From: an uncultured Chloroflexia bacterium
Lineage (GTDB): Bacteria > Chloroflexota > Ktedonobacteria > Ktedonobacterales > JADMIN01
DNA length: 32,000 nt
Assembly: GCA_963718915.1 (NCBI GenBank)
Contig: CAVRAI010000015.1
Coordinates: 120,001-152,000, forward strand
Direction of reading: 5' to 3'
Shown here: piece by piece, positions 18,331 through 26,985 of the stretch
Numbering within the stretch: the first letter of the stretch is position 1
Layout of the letters: the number at the start of each line of letters is the position of its first letter
The notes under the pieces: model-generated
What the model was told of the DNA's origin: nothing
The model's input: only the letters and a program-made list of their open reading frames with translations
Database searches by the model: none
Program-made: the position numbers and the translations under genes

Positions 18331-19167
18331 TCAAGACTCCCCCTCGCGGGGATATTCGATGCCTGTGATTGCCAGCGTTTCTTCGTAGAGAGACGTCGTG
18401 GGCAGCGCCAGCGCCACCTGTGCGGAGCCATTACGCCGCGCGATAGCCAGGTACCCGGAGCTATCCAGATAGAGAAACAATGCCGCGTCTGGTCCATCGG
18501 CGAAGGTGCGCGCGTGGGCGGTGATGCTATGACCGGCGATCAACAGGCGAGCCTCAGGAGCGTCCAGTATCGCCTGTGCCAACGATCCCTCTATATCGCT
18601 TAGTATATTCCCAAAGTGGTCGATATGCGTGCAGTGCGCCATCAGCGTATCGCCCTGCCATGTTGGCCGGGGCAGGTCCAGCCGCATCAGCGATTCGATT
18701 GGGAGCGTTGGCCCAAGCTCCTCGAAGGCGACTCCCGCGGCGAGCCAGGCGGCGGCGGGGGCGAAGATGTCGCGCCCGTGAAAGGTGTCGCTGGGGCGAG
18801 CGGCGAAATAGCGGGGATTCGCGAGGGTAACGGCGCGGACGTCGGCATGTTCGGCCAGAATATAGGAGAATAGGCCGTTGTCTGGCCCGACGAAGATACG
18901 CTCCCCGGCCCGAAGCGCGATGGGGCGTCTATCGCTGCCAACACCAGGATCGACGACGCAGAGAAAGACGCTGCCCTCAGGAAAATAGCGCCATGCGGTA
19001 TGCAACACCCAGGCGCCCGCGCGCACGTCCTGCGGGGGAATCTCATGCGTCAGGTCCACCAGTGGTGTTGACGGGGCAATACCCAGCATGACGCCTTTCA
19101 TCACGCCGGGATAGCCGTCGGAGGCGCCAAAATCGGTCAGCAGCGCGATCAATGGAACAGCGGCCAC
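18331..19167 (-). CDS. SAM hydroxide adenosyltransferase / SAM-dependent chlorinase-fluorinase family protein (DUF62)
   Basis: IALLTDFGASDGYPGVMKGVMLGIAP...VDLTHEIPPQDV...VVDPGVGSDRRPIAL...FVGPDNG matches the family signature. Start set to GTG 19167, because the tracked ORF to 19359 overlaps the upstream gene out of frame. Confidence 0.88.
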   Translation of the reverse strand: MAAVPLIALLTDFGASDGYPGVMKGVMLGIAPSTPLVDLTHEIPPQDVRAGAWVLHTAWRYFPEGSVFLCVVDPGVGSDRRPIALRAGERIFVGPDNGLFSYILAEHADVRAVTLANPRYFAARPSDTFHGRDIFAPAAAWLAAGVAFEELGPTLPIESLMRLDLPRPTWQGDTLMAHCTHIDHFGNILSDIEGSLAQAILDAPEARLLIAGHSITAHARTFADGPDAALFLYLDSSGYLAIARRNGSAQVALALPTTSLYEETLAITGIEYPREGES

Positions 19168-19183
19168 AACCCACGCTCCGCGC

Positions 19184-19432
19184 TCAGTCGAGCAGCTTAC
19201 AGTCGAAACGCACCACTCCAGCTTTGCGGTCGGTGATGGCGCGCACCACCTCCAGTCGGACGTTGCCACCGATGGGAACGGGCAAGTCTTCCAGCCCGAC
19301 GATACGCGCTTCGGCGTGAACCTCTGGCTGATCCAGCCGCGCGATGGTACAGCGGACATACGGCTGCTCGACTCCCTCGAAGAAGGCGCGCAGGCCAGTC
19401 TCCTTTGTCAGCACGGTTCCCTCGATCAGCAT
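19184..19432 (-). CDS. Small hypothetical protein (82 aa), first gene of the DUF62-sixA operon
   Basis: ATG at 19432 is preceded by GAGAGGGGG. The stop lies 17 nt before the DUF62 start. I recognise no family. Confidence 0.6.
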   Translation of the reverse strand: MLIEGTVLTKETGLRAFFEGVEQPYVRCTIARLDQPEVHAEARIVGLEDLPVPIGGNVRLEVVRAITDRKAGVVRFDCKLLD

Positions 19433-19540
19433 GATGCCCCCTCTCACGTCTCAGTCGTCGCTCTCTGCTGCACTATATGCTGGAATCGAGTACAATAGCC
19501 AGCAACAGCGCGCCAGCATCCCCGAAGCCAGGAGTTGCAT

Positions 19541-20881
19541 GTGATCGAACAGACGGCAAGAGATGTAACCCGCACCGCGATCTCCGCCTCGAAAGTCCAC
19601 TGGCGTCGTCTGTGGCTGGGCGGGATTGCGCTGCTGGTGGCGCTCTACTGCGGGCTGTGGAATCTGGCGGCGCGGCTTCCGCTCAACCGTACCGATCTGG
19701 ACGCATTTTTTGTGCCCGCATCCCGCATCGCGCTCTCAGGCCATCCCTTCGATGTCTATTCCATCCGCTACCTCGTCAAGTATCCCAACGCTAATGGCCC
19801 TATCAGCCTGATACCGCTGACGCTCGCCTCAGCCATCGCCGCGTGGCAGGGTACCCTCTCCGATATGGCGCTGCGCCGGGCGGTGATAATGACGATCTTC
19901 GCGCCGTTCGTCCTGCTGATGGCGCGCGAGGCGGTTGCCGCCGTGGATCAGTTGCGTGCCAAACGGCTCACGGGCTTCTGGCGATTCGCCGCCTATGCGG
20001 TCTTCGCGCTCTCGCCTGAAATCTGGCACGGCATGCTGTTCTACGGGCATATCGAGCAGCCGATTATGCTCTGGCTCTCGCTGTGGGGCATTCGTCAGCT
20101 TACCGCGCGTCGCCCGGCGCGGGCAGGGATACTGCTGGGGCTGGCCCTGCTGACCCGGTCAAGCGCGCTGATGCTGGTGTTGCCGCTGGCGGCGCTGCTG
20201 GCGCGTGACCGTCAATGGCGGGCGCTGGCGCGATTCGGCGTGGCCATCGCGGGCACGGTGGGCGCGGTGTTGTTGCCATTCCTGCTGGCGGATCGCAACG
20301 ATGTCATCTACTCGCTTGTGACGTTCCGCGGCCAGCTCCCGGTTGGGGGCGGGAGCTTCTGGGGTATCACCCTGTACACGCCGCTGGAATCCTTCGGCCA
20401 GCGCTACGATGGCTTCATCGTCCTGCTGGTATCGCTGCTCCTCACGGGCATCGTGCTGCTGCGTCGCCGCGACCTGACGCTGGCCAGTCCCGCGCTTTAT
20501 CTGCTGCTGGCGCTTTCCTCGTTCTGCTTTGCGCTCTTCATCAAAACACTCTGGCCCTATTATTTCCTGGAGCCGTTCACGTTCCTGACGATCTGGTGGC
20601 TCGGCGCGATGCCGTCTTCAGCGGGGCGCTTTCGCGTATGGTTCCGCTGGGGGCTGGCGATTCTCCTGCCCTCCATCGCGGTTGTGTGCGCCAACATCCG
20701 CGAATATGGGCTGACGCTCGAACTGGAGAATCCAGACGCATTCAAGCCGGAAAGTATCGTGCTCTCCGTCGCGATGACGCTGGCAATGGGAGCGATTCTC
20801 TGGCTGCTGCTCGCCCGGCCACCATTCGGCAGAAAGCCAGCCCCACCACCGGCGACATATGCCGATGCCCTCACCGGGTGA
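19541..20881 (+). CDS. Polytopic integral membrane protein, GT-C-like glycosyltransferase candidate (DUF2029/GT87-like)
   Basis: At least 10 predicted TM helices across ~446 aa, with an early loop (YPNANGPISLIP) resembling polyprenol-dependent glycosyltransferases. The functional call is weak. A GTG at 19541 is spaced 6 nt after GGAG; the tracked start is TTG 19535. Confidence 0.55.
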   Translation: MIEQTARDVTRTAISASKVHWRRLWLGGIALLVALYCGLWNLAARLPLNRTDLDAFFVPASRIALSGHPFDVYSIRYLVKYPNANGPISLIPLTLASAIAAWQGTLSDMALRRAVIMTIFAPFVLLMAREAVAAVDQLRAKRLTGFWRFAAYAVFALSPEIWHGMLFYGHIEQPIMLWLSLWGIRQLTARRPARAGILLGLALLTRSSALMLVLPLAALLARDRQWRALARFGVAIAGTVGAVLLPFLLADRNDVIYSLVTFRGQLPVGGGSFWGITLYTPLESFGQRYDGFIVLLVSLLLTGIVLLRRRDLTLASPALYLLLALSSFCFALFIKTLWPYYFLEPFTFLTIWWLGAMPSSAGRFRVWFRWGLAILLPSIAVVCANIREYGLTLELENPDAFKPESIVLSVAMTLAMGAILWLLLARPPFGRKPAPPPATYADALTG

Positions 20882-21022
20882 TAGGCGCCATTCCCCTGCC
20901 CGTTCGTCTAGCTTCGTTATCCGGCAAACGACTGGCGCTACCTCTCGCCGCGCCGCGTATGCTTGGCCTGATGTGTGCGGCGCTAGCGATAGGCGCTGTT
21001 TTTGGCGAAGCGAGGTATAGAG

Positions 21023-21412
21023 ATGTTTTCAGAGCAGGAATTAGCGTATCTGCAGACGCAGCGGCTGGCCCGACTGGCCACGGTGGATGCCGAGGGCCAG
21101 CCCACCGTTGACGCCGTTGGCTTCTCGCTGGATGGCGGGCAAATTCTCATTGGCACGCATAGCCCCCGGCTCACGCGCAAGTACCGGAATGTTCAGGAGG
21201 GCCACACAAAAATCGCGCTTATCATTGATGATCTGGCGTCCGTTCAGCCGTGGCGACCGCGTGGCATCAAGGTGCATGGCACAGCCGAGGTGGTCGAGCG
21301 TAGCGGTCACTTCGGCCCGGGAAGCTACATCGTCATCACGCCGACTGTCGCGTGGAGCTGGGGTATTGAGCCACAGGAGGGCGTGCCTGGCCCGAAGAAA
21401 ACGACTTGGTAG
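21023..21412 (+). CDS. PPOX-class (pyridoxamine 5'-phosphate oxidase-like), probably F420-dependent, split-barrel protein
   Basis: LAYLQTQRLARLATVDAEGQPTVDAVGF...KYRNVQEGHTKIALIIDD...PRGIKVHGTAEVV...YIVITPTVAWSWGIE. ATG 21023 is preceded by GAGGT. Confidence 0.82.
   Translation: MFSEQELAYLQTQRLARLATVDAEGQPTVDAVGFSLDGGQILIGTHSPRLTRKYRNVQEGHTKIALIIDDLASVQPWRPRGIKVHGTAEVVERSGHFGPGSYIVITPTVAWSWGIEPQEGVPGPKKTTW
21246..21335. repeat. 90-bp direct repeat, copy 1 (inside the PPOX gene); partner at 23672-23761
   Basis: Hand alignment gives 89/90 identical. The one difference is C21328 versus T23754, which is synonymous (tac/tat). Confidence 0.9.
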
Positions 21413-21568
21413 CAGCTGCTACGGGACGCTTGCCAGCCAATCGTGCAACTTGACGAGATGCTCGCGCTAGGCGGGTCGGTTGGAGGTTGAGAGAGGCGGC
21501 AAGCCCTACGATGCCTGCGAATCTCTGTCCCATTCGCTATTCCTGTGGAACATGAATCAGGATGAGGA

Positions 21569-22210
21569 TTAATCGGGTTGAGCGAGCAGTTCTCGGCAGC
21601 CTGCCTCGAAGAGCCAGCGTTCATATTGCTCAGGTGACCACCCACGCTCCTGCACAAGTGCGCGGTAGACCTCGGTGCCTGCTATGGCGTAGAACACGTC
21701 GGCCGCCGTATCGATGCTCAGTCCTGGCTGGAGGCCGCCTCGCTTCGCGGCGGCTTCCATGGCGCGGCGCATTGCGTCTAGGTGGCGTTGCTGCCAGAGC
21801 GCCCAGAGCCGCGCCACTTCCGGATCACTCCCTCGCTGGCTCCGTAGGATGTCTGTGATGAGCCAGGATCGCTCATTTAGTTGGCGTATGATGCGTGCTC
21901 CCACCCGCATCTGTTCCACCGGGTCGGAACCCTGTGTCACCTGCTCCACACTGAGTTCAGGCGCAGCTGCGATCTCCTCGGCCAGCGCCCCCACTACCGC
22001 AGCCCGGCCAGGGAAGCGGAGATAGATCGTCGCCAGCGAGACCTCCGCCCGATGCGCGATTGCCTCCATCGTCACTGCCGCGTAGCCCTGCTCCGCGAAG
22101 AGGCGCTCGGCAGCCACCAGGATGCGACGCCGCGTTGCGTCGGCCTGTTGTCGACGCTTGGGCGAATCATAGCGGCGCGGGTGATTGTCAGATCGATTGT
22201 TGACAGACAT
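21569..22210 (-). CDS. TetR/AcrR-family transcriptional regulator
   Basis: N-terminal HTH (RRRILVAAERLFAEQGYAAVTMEAIAHRAEVSLATIYLRFPGRAAVV). Start could be ATG 22210 or TTG 22240. Confidence 0.88.
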   Translation of the reverse strand: MSVNNRSDNHPRRYDSPKRRQQADATRRRILVAAERLFAEQGYAAVTMEAIAHRAEVSLATIYLRFPGRAAVVGALAEEIAAAPELSVEQVTQGSDPVEQMRVGARIIRQLNERSWLITDILRSQRGSDPEVARLWALWQQRHLDAMRRAMEAAAKRGGLQPGLSIDTAADVFYAIAGTEVYRALVQERGWSPEQYERWLFEAGCRELLAQPD

Positions 22211-22435
22211 CGCAATTTCAGTATACACTCCTCCTATCAATTTGGGTAGATGTTGTTTCTAGCTAATTGCGGCCGAGCGACTGTGGGTCACAAGGGGCAA
22301 CGGATCAAGAATCCGGTCACTGGTCAGGCGTCTGGGCCCGAGGCATCTTCCGTCCGGGCGGGATTATCTGGTTCCCCCATGTCCATCCGCACCTCGAGGA
22401 GCAATTCGCGGGACACGAGAGAAGGGAGACGTGCA

Positions 22436-22912
22436 ATGCTCTGGCTCATCGTCATATCATGGCTGCATGTGCTGCTTGGCATCCTCTGGTTCGGCAGCAC
22501 ACTCTACATTAACCTAATCCTCATCCCTGCGGTGCTGCCGCTATCGCGGGAGAAACAGCAAGAGATCGCGTCGCGGGTAAGTCCGCTGACAACCCGCGTC
22601 CTGCGGCCAACGGCCATTCTCGTCATCGTGCTCGGCATCATACGAGGGACGTTCCTCGGTCCGCTCCACAGTGTCCAAGACGTTTTCGGCACGACGTATG
22701 GTGTGACATGGCTTGTGGCCCTGATTGGGGCCATTGTGCTCTTTACCTTCATCGAGGTGGTTTTCGATCCCAACATCAGGCGCTTGAACACGGCGAAATC
22801 AGATGCCGAGTACGATGCCACTCTTGGGCGCGTTAAGGTCCTCGCTGTCGTCGAGTTGCTCGGCTTCTTCGCGATCTTTACATGCATGATCCTCCTCCGG
22901 TATGGCCACTGA
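22436..22912 (+). CDS. Hypothetical 4-TM membrane protein, divergent from the TetR gene
   Basis: ATG 22436 is preceded by AAGGGAG. The sequence MLWLIVISWLHVLLGILWFGSTLYINLILIPA... is hydrophobic and helical. The tracked ORF's first 62 codons are Arg/Ser/Gly-rich and lack an RBS. Confidence 0.7.
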   Translation: MLWLIVISWLHVLLGILWFGSTLYINLILIPAVLPLSREKQQEIASRVSPLTTRVLRPTAILVIVLGIIRGTFLGPLHSVQDVFGTTYGVTWLVALIGAIVLFTFIEVVFDPNIRRLNTAKSDAEYDATLGRVKVLAVVELLGFFAIFTCMILLRYGH

Positions 22913-23254
22913 CCTGGCAGGTCGCACCTTTCCCCGATCCGAAGACAACGCATAGGTGGCGTGGCGTGGAGGCGGTGGAGACGATGAATGCGTTCTACGA
23001 AATCGGCTATCGCTTCTTCCACAGGCCTCATGATGTGGTGGACATGAACGAGGCGTGTTGGGTTAACCAGGCTTCCCATGCGCCACGCCATATCAGGAGT
23101 CTGCCGAACCTGATCGGCGCGCTGGCAGCCATGGCCGTCGGGGCAGGGCCTGGCGGACTTTGGCACAGCGCGTCCAGAGTGTCTTCGAAGTGGCGCTCTC
23201 GCTGGGTGAACCGGAGCGCATAAGTCAAACCAGACCGATGGAGGAGGTATCTTT

Positions 23255-23662
23255 ATGGTAGACAAGCGCTTGAGATTCACGCTGGGGCAAATGGGACACA
23301 GGCCTCTCAGGATCATCCTCGCCCTCGCTGTGGCATGGCTCGGCTTGTGGGTGCACGAACTGTACCGTGTACCCTCGATGTTTGGCCTGACCCCGGATGG
23401 GAGCCTACCGCTACTCGCAATTGCTGTTGTACTACTTGCTTGGTATCTCTTTGCGGCACACAAGCGTGCGGCCAGCATTGCGCTGCTCGTCTATGGGCTC
23501 GTCAACGGTGTTGGCGGGTTCCTCTCTGTGCTGCCGCTGCCATTTCTCCCCTTCGTGCCCGAGCAGACAGTGGAGCATTACCTCGTCCACATGATCTATG
23601 CATTATGCCAAATCCCGTTGATCATTGTTGCTCTTTCCAGAAGCAAGCTGCCAGTGAAATGA
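23255..23662 (+). CDS. Hypothetical 4-TM membrane protein
   Basis: GGAGGAGG RBS 9 nt upstream of the ATG. Four hydrophobic helices. No family recognised. Confidence 0.7.
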   Translation: MVDKRLRFTLGQMGHRPLRIILALAVAWLGLWVHELYRVPSMFGLTPDGSLPLLAIAVVLLAWYLFAAHKRAASIALLVYGLVNGVGGFLSVLPLPFLPFVPEQTVEHYLVHMIYALCQIPLIIVALSRSKLPVK

Positions 23663-23671
23663 TGGTCGTGT

Positions 23672-23802
23672 AGCCGTGGCGACCGCGTGGCATCAAGGTG
23701 CATGGCACAGCCGAGGTGGTCGAGCGTAGCGGTCACTTCGGCCCGGGAAGCTATATCGTCACTGCGCCCCCACCCAAAGCAAAGGCGCTAAAAGTCCTAT
23801 AG
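23672..23802 (+). pseudogene. Orphan 3' fragment of a PPOX-family gene (90-bp repeat copy 2 plus a divergent tail)
   Basis: In the PPOX frame the fragment is preceded directly by TAG (23671-23673). It reads PWRPRGIKVHGTAEVVERSGHFGPGSYIV, then diverges (TAPPPKAKALKVL-stop). There is no start codon or 5' part. Confidence 0.75.
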
Positions 23803-24484
23803 CGGATGACAATGCTCCTACCTTGCCGGTAAGATGCTCAGGCAATTCTCGCAAAAAACGGCTACCAGCCTGTTACTCGCCGTGTGATATACATCCACCG
23901 GGTGACGTAGCTCAACCGTTGCAGCTCTTTCCACCGCAACCAATACGCAATCAATCAGGTACGATGCTGGCGCGCATACTCACGATCCGCTATAGGGAGA
24001 TGCACGTTGCGAACAAGGCTGTGGCTCTGGATTTTGACGCTGGTCTTCGCGGGCTTCACGCTGCATACGAGTATCTGCGCCTGCGAGGTTGTTCACCCGC
24101 ACCAGGGATCAACCAAGCCCTGTATCGTCCGATGTCATACGACGAACAGGCCACAGAAATCCACAGCGCAATTGGCGCGCCATGCTAGCGCGATGCATCC
24201 CGCTCTCCTCTCGCTGACTATTCCAGGGTTCACACATCCAGTCGTGATAGATGCTCTGCCACGATTTACCCTCGAAGATTCCGCGCCTCTTCTGGCACGC
24301 GGGCCACCTCCTGTCTCGACCGCGCGTATCTCGCCCGACATGCTCTAGTTCAGATCCACCCAGACCAACTCGCCAGCCCGTCCGCCAGGTATGGGCAGAC
24401 AGGAATCTGTGCGGCTGCATTGGGGGGAAAGTCGGATCGTCGGGCCACTCTTTACATCAGGTCGAACTACACAGGAGGTCTTCT

Positions 24485-26833
24485 GTGTCACGTCGTGTAC
24501 GCATGTTCTCCGCGCTCGGAGTTTTTCTGATCGTGGCGACGACCCTGGCAGCCATTGCCATCGCGCGCCCGTTCACCACCTCAGCGCAGCCAGCTACTCA
24601 TTCTTATCAGGATGTCAACCGCGCTCATGACTTACATAGCCCGCAGAGCGATCACCAGCGCGCCTTGCGCCAGGAGGCGCTCGCGCAGGTGGCCGCGGGC
24701 ACGATTGCCCATGGCAAAGTCGTGCGCATCGGGCATGGCAATCGTGGCTATGTCGAGCTTGATCGCGAAGGCGAGAGCGCCGTCTGGGGCATCCTCGCCG
24801 AGTTTGGCGACACGATTTATCCCAGCACTGGTGGTACGGCTGGTCCGCTGAATAACCAGATTCCACAGCCGAATCGCAGGGACGACAACACCACCATCTG
24901 GCAGGCCAACTTCAACCAGCAGCATTACAACGATATTCTCTTTAGCGGCGCCAACAACGCGATCTCGATGCGCAACTACTACATCGAGCAGTCGTCGGGC
25001 CGCTATACCGTCCACGGCAACATCGAAGACTGGGTGCAGGTGCCTTATAATGAGGCGCGCTATGGCACCGATCTCTGCGGCGACATCGTCTGCTCGACGG
25101 TGTGGCTGCTCATCCGTGACGAAGTCAACGCCTGGTACAATCAGCAGGTCGCCGCGGGCAAGACCCCGGCGCAGATCAACGCCTATCTGGCGAGCTTTGA
25201 CCAGGAAGACCGCTACGACTACAACGGCAACGGCAACTTCAACGAGCCAGACGGCTACATCGACCACTTCGAGTCGATCCACGCGGGCGACGGCGAGGAG
25301 ACCGGCGGCGGCGCGCAGGGCGACGACGCGATCTGGAGCCACCGCTGGTTCGCCTTCTACAATCTGATTGGTTCCGCTGGCCCGGCCTTCAACAAGTTCG
25401 GCGGCATTCAGGTTGGCGCGAGCAACTTCTGGATCGGCGACTACGAGATGCAGCCAGAGAACGGCGGCGTCGGCGTCTTCTCGCATGAGTACGCCCATGA
25501 CCTGGGCCTGCCCGATGAGTATGACACCGCTGGGAATACCTGCGGCTCCGCCTGCGAAAACTCCACCGCCTGGTGGACGCTGATGTCGCAAGGCTCCTAT
25601 GGCACGGGCAACAACACCGATCTGGGCACGAAGCCTGTGAGCATGAGCTCGTGGGATAAGTTCCAGCTTGGCTGGCTCGACTACGATGTGGCGCATTCCA
25701 ACGTCAATGGGACGTATACGCTTGGCCCGGCTGAGTACAACACGGCCAATCCGCAGGCGGTGATTGTCACGCTGCCAGACAAGCAGGTCACCAACAACAT
25801 CGGCGCGCCGTATGCGGGCAGCAAGTACTACTACAGCGGCACCAACAACAATCTCGATGTGGCGATGACGCAGTCGGTGACGCTTGGCGCTGGCTCGTCA
25901 GTGGCGGCGAAGGTGCGCTACAACATCGAGCAGGATTGGGACTACGCCTATCTGGAAGTCTCGACTGATGGTGGCGCGACCTGGACAAACGTCCACACCA
26001 ATCTCTCCACCAACACCGACCCCAACGGCCAGAACCAGGGCGAGGGCATTACCGGCCTCTCGACTGGCAGCGGCTGGGTAGACCTGACGGCAGACCTCTC
26101 GGCCTATGATGGTCAGACTGTTCTACTCGGCTTCCGCTACTGGACCGACGTGGCGCAGCAGGGCAATCCTGGCGAGGCGTCCGCTCCGGGTTTCTCAGTG
26201 GATGATATCAGCATCTCCGGTGGCGCGGCGGATGGCGCGGAGGGCGCGATAGCCTGGACCTTCAGCCCGGCGACGGGTGGTTTCCATGCCACGAACGGCT
26301 CGGAGACCCAGGGCTACTTCAACGCCTACATCGCCGAGTATCGCCAGTATCGCGGCTACGACGACAGTTTGCGTACAGGCCCGTACAACTTCGGCTTCCT
26401 GGATAACGCGAACAAGCAGAACTACGTCGAGCACTTCCCGTACGCGGATGGACTGCTCATCTGGTACTGGGATACGTCTGAGGCCGACAACAATGTGAGC
26501 GACCACCCTGGATCAGGCCTGATCCTTCCGGTTGACGCGCATCCCGATCCGCTCATCCGGCCGGATGGGCAGCCGTGGCGGCCACGTGTCCAGTCGTACG
26601 ACTCGACGTTTGACCTGGAGAAGACTGACGCCCTCACGCTGCATCTAAACAGCGTTAAGGCGAAGTACAAGTCGCTTCCAGGCGTCTCGGTCTTCGACGA
26701 TAGCAAGAGCTACTGGTCGTCTACCATTCCGACGGCCAGCGTGCAGGCGCCACACACCGGCACGAAGATCCGCATCCTGCTCGTCTACAACCTGGGTCTC
26801 AATATGAAGATCAGGGTTGGCCCGAACGCATAG
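24485..26833 (+). CDS. Secreted immune inhibitor A (InhA)-like M6-family zinc metalloprotease
   Basis: HEYAHDLGLPDEYD matches the M6 HExxHxxGxxDEYD signature. GTG 24485 lies 6 nt after AGGAGG. Signal peptide: VSRRVRMFSALGVFLIVATTLAAIAIARPFTTSAQPA. The tracked ORF starts 234 nt earlier without support. Confidence 0.9.
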   Translation: MSRRVRMFSALGVFLIVATTLAAIAIARPFTTSAQPATHSYQDVNRAHDLHSPQSDHQRALRQEALAQVAAGTIAHGKVVRIGHGNRGYVELDREGESAVWGILAEFGDTIYPSTGGTAGPLNNQIPQPNRRDDNTTIWQANFNQQHYNDILFSGANNAISMRNYYIEQSSGRYTVHGNIEDWVQVPYNEARYGTDLCGDIVCSTVWLLIRDEVNAWYNQQVAAGKTPAQINAYLASFDQEDRYDYNGNGNFNEPDGYIDHFESIHAGDGEETGGGAQGDDAIWSHRWFAFYNLIGSAGPAFNKFGGIQVGASNFWIGDYEMQPENGGVGVFSHEYAHDLGLPDEYDTAGNTCGSACENSTAWWTLMSQGSYGTGNNTDLGTKPVSMSSWDKFQLGWLDYDVAHSNVNGTYTLGPAEYNTANPQAVIVTLPDKQVTNNIGAPYAGSKYYYSGTNNNLDVAMTQSVTLGAGSSVAAKVRYNIEQDWDYAYLEVSTDGGATWTNVHTNLSTNTDPNGQNQGEGITGLSTGSGWVDLTADLSAYDGQTVLLGFRYWTDVAQQGNPGEASAPGFSVDDISISGGAADGAEGAIAWTFSPATGGFHATNGSETQGYFNAYIAEYRQYRGYDDSLRTGPYNFGFLDNANKQNYVEHFPYADGLLIWYWDTSEADNNVSDHPGSGLILPVDAHPDPLIRPDGQPWRPRVQSYDSTFDLEKTDALTLHLNSVKAKYKSLPGVSVFDDSKSYWSSTIPTASVQAPHTGTKIRILLVYNLGLNMKIRVGPNA

Positions 26834-26985
26834 GAGCGCATAAAACCGTCTTTGTGGCATGATTGCCAGACGCTGCAATGCGCTGGCGCATAACGGCCGA
26901 TCTCGCACAGTGATGTGTGGGGTCGGCTCTCTTTATGCGCACCCGCTTTCCTGAAATAGCGGGGAGACCGTGTGTCGCTTCAGGT

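Noticed and set aside
18331-19359. 342-aa version of the DUF62 ORF.
   Set aside because: The first 64 codons overlap the upstream small gene out of frame and show no family similarity. The conserved DUF62 N-terminus (IALLTDFG) begins just after GTG 19167.
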